Shown one piece after another: positions 57,264-64,000 of a stretch of DNA of 64,000 nt. The notes below the pieces were generated by a model. The model was not told the DNA's origin, did not search any database, and saw only the letters and a program-made list of their open reading frames with translations. The DNA lies in assembly GCF_009914755.1 (NCBI RefSeq), contig NC_060927.1; one strand, 5' to 3'. The first letter of the stretch is position 1. The number at the start of each line of letters is the position of its first letter. Position numbers and translations under genes: made by a program. Source of the DNA: the human T2T-CHM13v2.0 reference genome, Homo sapiens.

Positions 57264-57452
57264 AGCAGGGGCCCCCTGGACTGCCTACACCAGAATCACT
57301 ATGCTCGCTTGTGGACTTGGCAGTTAGCAAACTGAATATTGGGCTTCACCCAATCACAATCTCTTGTTATGTGGCCCTAGAAATACAAATTTCAGCTAGG
57401 TGCCTCCCCAAATATTCAAATATCTCAAACAGAAGTTTGAGACAAACCACCA
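57264..57452. mobile_element. MER5-like hAT MITE
   Basis: ctacaccagaatcact...ggccctagaaat...aagtttgagacaaaccac. Confidence 0.45.
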
Positions 57453-59452
57453 CCTTAAAGCTTAGTATCTGAGTAAAGACTATTTTGGTTTGCGCATACT
57501 TATGAAACAGAATTTCTTCTAGAAATTAGAGAAGGCAGACATATAATTTCACTTTCTTAAGAGAATCTCCTCTAAGGAGAAAAACTGCTAGAAACTAATA
57601 TTACTGAACTTCAACTTAAAATTAGAATGCACTTCTTTTTGAAAGGCCACACTCGTATTCTGACTGACAGCAACCTCTGGAAGCTGACATTTTCTCTAGA
57701 ATCTTGGAAATAAAGAAAGGCTGGCACCATCGTGCTGTATCTGCTTTATTTGTCCCTAACACCTACATATGCTGTTCAGTGAATGTCTTCTTACTCACAC
57801 TAATTTGTTCTTTCTGATTAATCATTTATCTGAAAATCTATAAATCTATAAGATTGATGATTGCAAATGGTAGATATGGGGTTCCTTCCTGAATTGATGA
57901 AAAACCTAGCCTACCCATCAGTTTAAACATGTAGCTAAACAATGGCATTCTGTCAAATAGAGGAAAGCAAGTTGGAGGAGAAACGGTTTTCATTCTGAAG
58001 AAAAATTGCTTTCTTTGTCCTTCTTTAAAATAAACAATGGGGCTAGTTGTAGGAAAGTGGTGTAGTGACTCAACCCTAAAGAGCAGAAACAACTGCAGGC
58101 TGCTCAGGAACATAATCTGTCAGTGTAATTTTCCAAAACGTCAGGAAAATAAACATAGTGGAAGGCAACAGTTTTAGCCTGATTGTTGGATGCATAACAA
58201 AACAGGAAGTGCTCTATTTGAATAAGATAACAGGGAAAGAATACAGTTGACTGCTAATAGTCACCCCTCCTCCCCCCGAAGCCAAATGCAGTTTTGGTTA
58301 TCAGGAAACTGTAGATTAATATTTTACCTATCCAAGATAGGGGTTTTTGAAAGACAAAGTGAAAAAGAAATAAAATTGATATCTAGTGTGGCAGAAATGT
58401 TTTAATGCTGTTGCTTTAAGGAAATAAAGAAAATAATAAAAAATAGGAATTAGCTTAAATATCTAATGCTAACAAAGACTAAATCTAAAGGCAGGTAGCC
58501 CTCCCAGTGAGACTTCAGGAATGATCAAAGGGCTCCTTAGCTGCTGGAGAGAGTGTAATAAAGTGGCCACGACTGAAGCTAAAACCTCACACAGGTACAA
58601 TGAGGGCTAGGTGATAGCAAGTTCAAGTGAAGGTTTCAGTCAGAGAACTGTCAAGATTTAATAGCAGTTACAAATAAATATTTGGCAAATAAGTGGCACT
58701 ATATTATACTGCTGAAAAGCGGAGTCCAAGTCTTTGGAATGTATTTCCATTTGGCATAAGATACAGAAACATTCATTGCAAAAAAGGGGTAGGAAACACT
58801 TATTATTGTTCATTTCAAATGTGGATATGTAAACATTTTTTATGCTTCACTTGGAAGAAATTAAAAGTAAAATTAATGAAGTATTAAAAACATGGTTAGT
58901 TAGGTCATTTTTTGGCAAGTCATCCTGTGAAGGCGGCTTCATGCATGGCAAGAGATTTGATTATTTTAACTCTTTAACATTTAGCCCAGAAAGCACAGTA
59001 CATAAGGTTTGAAACTGACAGCAGCCAATAAAGTTAATGAATGGAAAAGTATAGTGCCATCCAGTAGCATGTGAAATAATTAGGACAGAAATCCAGAAAA
59101 TGAAAAATACCATAGCAGCAGGGCTGCTGGCTGAATGGGGTTGAGGTTCAGTAGGATTAGAAGTCACCAGCAAGGTTGTATCATATTGTAGATTATAACT
59201 CTTAAAATGCTAGAATCATCCTTGTTTGGCCATGTATTGTGTACCTAGTAGACTAATCTACAAAGATAAGGAAACCAGGGTCAGAAGTGTAAAGAGAATC
59301 ATTGTCTGACACATAGAAACCTCTCTGAGACCAGGAAACGTATTTACCGACTGTATTCACCACCTCATAGCAAGAGTTGAAAATTCATGTTCTTTAGCAA
59401 GCTTTTTACAGTTAATTTTTGGAGTGTAATTTGTACATTATATGTTCATTTT

Positions 59453-59802
<350 letters not shown>

Positions 59803-59899
59803 TGAATCCAGCTATGGAATCATTCCTATGTTGTGTGTTATGCATGTTTTGCCTCTGGCAAGGATCATAACTTTAAATCAAAGAGATGTAATATGATTT

Positions 59900-60085
59900 A
59901 GTAAAAGAATATTGGCACAATATTCTGAAGCTCTGATTTTGAGCCCTAGCTGTGTGAACTTGAATATATCACTACTCTGAGCCACAGTTTCCTCATTGGT
60001 AAAATGAAGGTGACACAATGTCACCAAATTGTGAGGGTCAAATTAGAGAATGTGAGGGAAAAATGCTTTTTAAATTGCAGAGCAC
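59900..60085 (+). mobile_element. MIR
   Basis: ctagctgtgtgaacttg...ctctgagccacagtttcctcattggtaaaatg. Confidence 0.7.
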
Positions 60086-60831
60086 TATGCATGTGCTTCT
60101 CCTAAACCATAGTTCCAAAGTAGAAATTTCTGCATGCAGTCAGCACCTAGTTAATGACCAGGACTGCTCTGTACTTTAAAAAAGATATGTTTGAGTAAAG
60201 AAAACTTCTTGACTATCAAATATTTCAAGGGTTTGGAAGCAAGAGTGTTTTGTTAGCTTTAGAAGAAAATTTTACTCACTTTATATTTAAAATGCTTTGG
60301 TTGAGAGTAAGTTGCTATACTATCTCTTTATATGTAATTTGTGGAGAACAAACATATGTATCTTTTAGTTTAATGGAGAAAAATTGAAAATTAGGGCAGC
60401 CAAAAAATATTCCCTATGATATTATAATTTAGTGTATTATTGCCAAGTTAACTTTTTTCTAATTAGATATTAGGTAGGTATTATAAACCTAATATTTACA
60501 AAGTGACTAAATATTCAATATGTTTAGGGAACAGATCATGAGAATTCTTGGCATTGTTTAAGTATTGTTTAGAAATCTACATATTTATCATTATTTATGT
60601 GACAGTATAAATGTGATAATAAAACATTGTGTAACTGATTCTGGTCATGGTATTATGTCAAGGACTAGTATCATCTTTTGGGTCTCCTGCTGTTATGAAT
60701 GCTGAAGTTTTAATGCATTGCATTTTCATATTCCAAGCCCATTTTCATTAAATAACTTTGTCCAAATGAATTAAACATCTCTGAACATATATGGTATGAG
60801 GCAAAGTATATTTCCTAGCCATTAGTTCCAC

Positions 60832-60970
60832 TTTTTTTGTTTTTGTCTTTTTTTTTTTTTTTCCATTTTGGGTAGAATGGAGTCTCACTACGTTGTCCAG
60901 GCAGGTCTTGAATTTCTGGGCTCAAGCTGTCCTTCCACTTCTGCCTCCCTAAGTGCTGGGATTACAGGCA
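60832..60970 (-). mobile_element. FLAM / Alu left monomer
   Basis: gtctcactacgttgtccagg...gggctcaagc...aagtgctgggattacaggc preceded by a T tract. Confidence 0.85.
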
Positions 60971-61509
60971 ATTTTTTCCTAGCCATTAGGCCTTGATGAA
61001 AATGTGACATTCTACTAGGGTAAAGAGTTGTCTGTTTGAAACAGACAACAGAAATGTAAACTAAAGCCTTAGCCACTAGTATTAAGGATGACTGAAAAAT
61101 CTAAAATTCTTTAAGATAAATGTGTTGCACAAGACACTGGTCACTCACTGTCTTCTAATGGAAGTGTCTTTGATATTGGCTCTGTTCTACCAAGACATGT
61201 GAGGCTGCTTGTCACACGAGCATGGTCACAGCCTGCTGTCAACAAGACTGCAGTCCTGAGTCCAGTTCATGGCTGGAAATGGCATCTCAAATCCTGCCTG
61301 AGTGAAGGGATCTGAGCAAATCACTGATCAAAGGAAAGTAAGCTAAGGAAAAAAAAAAATCAAAATTCACAGAACACGAGTGGAATCTTCATATTAGAAG
61401 AAAAATAGGTAATTTCAAACTACACAGCTTGGATAAAGAAAAAAAGAAGGTCTGTAAAACAGTCTCTTTGTCAAAGCAAACCAAAACCAATACAAATAAT
61501 TAAAACTAA

Positions 61510-61700
61510 AATTCTTAATACTTTACAAAGTGCTTCAAGAACATGGATTATGTATTTATGGTTCACAACAACTCTGTGAAGTGGGCCTGGCAGTTATCAG
61601 CCTATTTTATAAATGAGAAAAAAATAGTTCAGAGGTTAAGTGACTTGCCCTAGGGTTACTTGGCCAGAGCATGGCCTTGGGCAAAAGTCTTTGTCTACAC
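61510..61700 (-). mobile_element. MIR
   Basis: cacaacaactctgtgaagtggg...agaggttaagtgacttgccctagggttac. Confidence 0.75.
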
Positions 61701-62427
61701 GTATCACAAATTAGGGTAACAAATAATGACAATTCAATGCCTAAATATTCAAGTGAATGTCATTTGGTATCTGACAAGAAAGAAAGAACACCTTGAAGGG
61801 TCTTAAAAACACTACAGAGGGCTCCTTGGGTTACAGTCAATGGTACCGTGTAGGAATAATTTCTAGTCACCAATTCATTATTTGCTTCATTAAGCTAGTT
61901 TACCTTTGCAGCCAATTTTATCAGTCCTCCCTTATGAAGCTGTGGCTGAGCAAATAATAAGAAACCTAGTACCTGATATTTAGATATATTTGTGATCCCT
62001 GGGCACTTTCAGGCTTACCTACTTCAATTTCATTAAAACTCTTTGAAACAATCTTCCAAAAACTGTTATTTCCCTTAAAAGCAAACATAGGAAAGTTGAT
62101 GAAATTCCTTGCAGACAGCAAAGTGGTACTGAGACTCAATATGAGAAGACTGAGTTATTAATTAGATGTTAAGAATCTCATTAATTATGGTTTTAAAGTC
62201 TCCTTTATAGTCACATAAAAGATTCATGTCTAAACAAATTTCCAAATGGCCAGAATACTCTTTAAAAGGTGATAAGAAAATGAGTTAAGAACACTGAAAA
62301 AGTGCATAATGCCCAGTAAGGCCCAACCTATGTTCACATTGTGAAATCGGAGCTGGCAACAGATGATGTGGTCAGTTTCCTGACAAGTGACAAGGTAAGG
62401 CAGGCATTGCTTCAAAGAGCCAGGCCT

Positions 62428-62796
<369 letters not shown>

Positions 62797-62947
62797 TCAC
62801 ATCCACAGCACCCGATACACTGGCTCTGCTAGGCTAGCCATGCACGGATGAGATGAAATAATGCTACACGGTGATGGTTCTGGTTAGCAAAGCTTTCCCT
62901 GCTTGCATGGGCCTGATGATGAGGGTAATGATGTGTGTGGGTCTTTA

Positions 62948-63090
62948 GGTTGGTGTTTTGTTATGGCAGCCTGAGCTGACTAAGGTAGAGATGGATTTCT
63001 TATTAATAGAAATATAGAGGAGATAATTGAAACATGGTTGTGGGGAAGGGGTAGCTTTGTGGTAGGAACATCAGTGAAAATGTGTTTTTG
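62948..63090 (+). mobile_element. MLT1A LTR 3' end plus adjacent internal-like remnant
   Basis: ggtgttttgttatggcagcctgagctgactaagg matches an MLT1A terminus. Confidence 0.5.
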
Positions 63091-63996
63091 TATTTGTAAT
63101 ACATGGAATCGCAAATCGTGCAAACAGATTAGGTGTTTTTTAGCTTTTCCAAAATGCTGAATAATGTTATTGAGCAGATAAACTGCTGAACAGATGTTAA
63201 GTAGCTGTTTGTGATGACCCTCTTAGCTCCCCTTTTAAGGTAAGAACATCAAATCAATGATGTAACACAAAAGAGGGAACAGGAAGGAAATTCTTTAAAA
63301 TTTCCAACTTACAAGCCTTTTGAAAAATATTAAAAAAGGAGAAATCTGCAGCCTTTATAGCCTATTAATGAGAAGTTCTCTTTATATACTTTCAGTACAA
63401 TGGCTTAAATTTTGTAAAATAGCAGTGTAATTCAGGTCTTATTTTGGGCTCTTTAAGACTGAAAAGTAGAAAAGGCATATTTTTCCTGGATCATAGAAAG
63501 AGATTAGATAATTTACCTTATGGCTATATAAAGATCAATTGCCAATGTTTAGAGAAGCATCCAATTCATCAGTGTGGTATGAAGGCACTATCTTGAAAAG
63601 GTCTGAATTCTTGTGTAGGTAATGAGATGGTTATATGCAATAGCTCAATAAGTGAAATAGAGAAAACATTGTGCTTGCTAAAATTTTCTTATTGATTTGA
63701 AATGAGAAATTCACTGCAATGTTGAATTAGATATTAGGAAGGCATAAAGAAAAGGTTCTTTAAAGAGACACTATCCTAATAAGTGCTTGAAATTGCAAAG
63801 TGTAGCATTATAGTATGTTTTAGAATAACAGAAATAAAATCATTAGCTAAAATTTGCTTGTTTTTGCAAATGAGATTTACTATGAACGTTTCCAAAATCC
63901 CCTAACACTTGCACTATTTGCCATGTAAGCCTTATATACTTCTAGAATTCTCTAATATTTGTACATTGGACAAATATAAAAGACTCATATACCTAC

Positions 63997-64000
63997 ATTC
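63997..64000 (-). CDS. SPATA16: Possible last 4 nt of the preceding SPATA16 exon, cut by the window edge
   Basis: Minus strand reads GAAT|gtaggtat. AAT (Asn) in phase 0 would give ...N-GSFP, which matches my recollection of the protein. Only 4 nt are visible. Confidence 0.45.

Noticed and set aside
63313-63592. Two minus-strand AG...GT bounded segments as SPATA16 exon candidates
   Set aside because: Stops in all three frames; not needed for the reading frame.

Overview
Primate genomic DNA (human or a very close great ape), AT-rich and roughly half interspersed repeats. The only protein-coding gene I can support is the 3' end of SPATA16 (testis TPR protein, globozoospermia gene) on the minus strand. 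Three exons were read directly and join in frame with canonical splice sites: 56269-56105, 53530-53447 and terminal 29448-29326. A poly(A) signal sits at 29141-29136, and the last 4 nt of the preceding exon may lie at the window edge. The ORF track missed all three exons; its longer ORFs are mostly repeat-derived. Positions 1-29 kb are the downstream flank, with an intact LTR12C solo LTR pointing at the SPATA16 3' end, a full THE1 provirus, many MaLR LTRs, DNA transposons and a rearranged L1. I did not find a new biological system. The best leads are: (i) a well-defined plus-strand exon, open in one frame, downstream of LTR12C; (ii) a PRDM9-type CCTCCCT variant in only one LTR of the THE1 provirus; (iii) a poly(A)-tailed LTR8 fragment next to an AluY; (iv) a candidate poison exon and a stop-free circRNA configuration in SPATA16. 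Repeat subfamily names are from memory of consensus sequences, and boundaries without TSDs are approximate.
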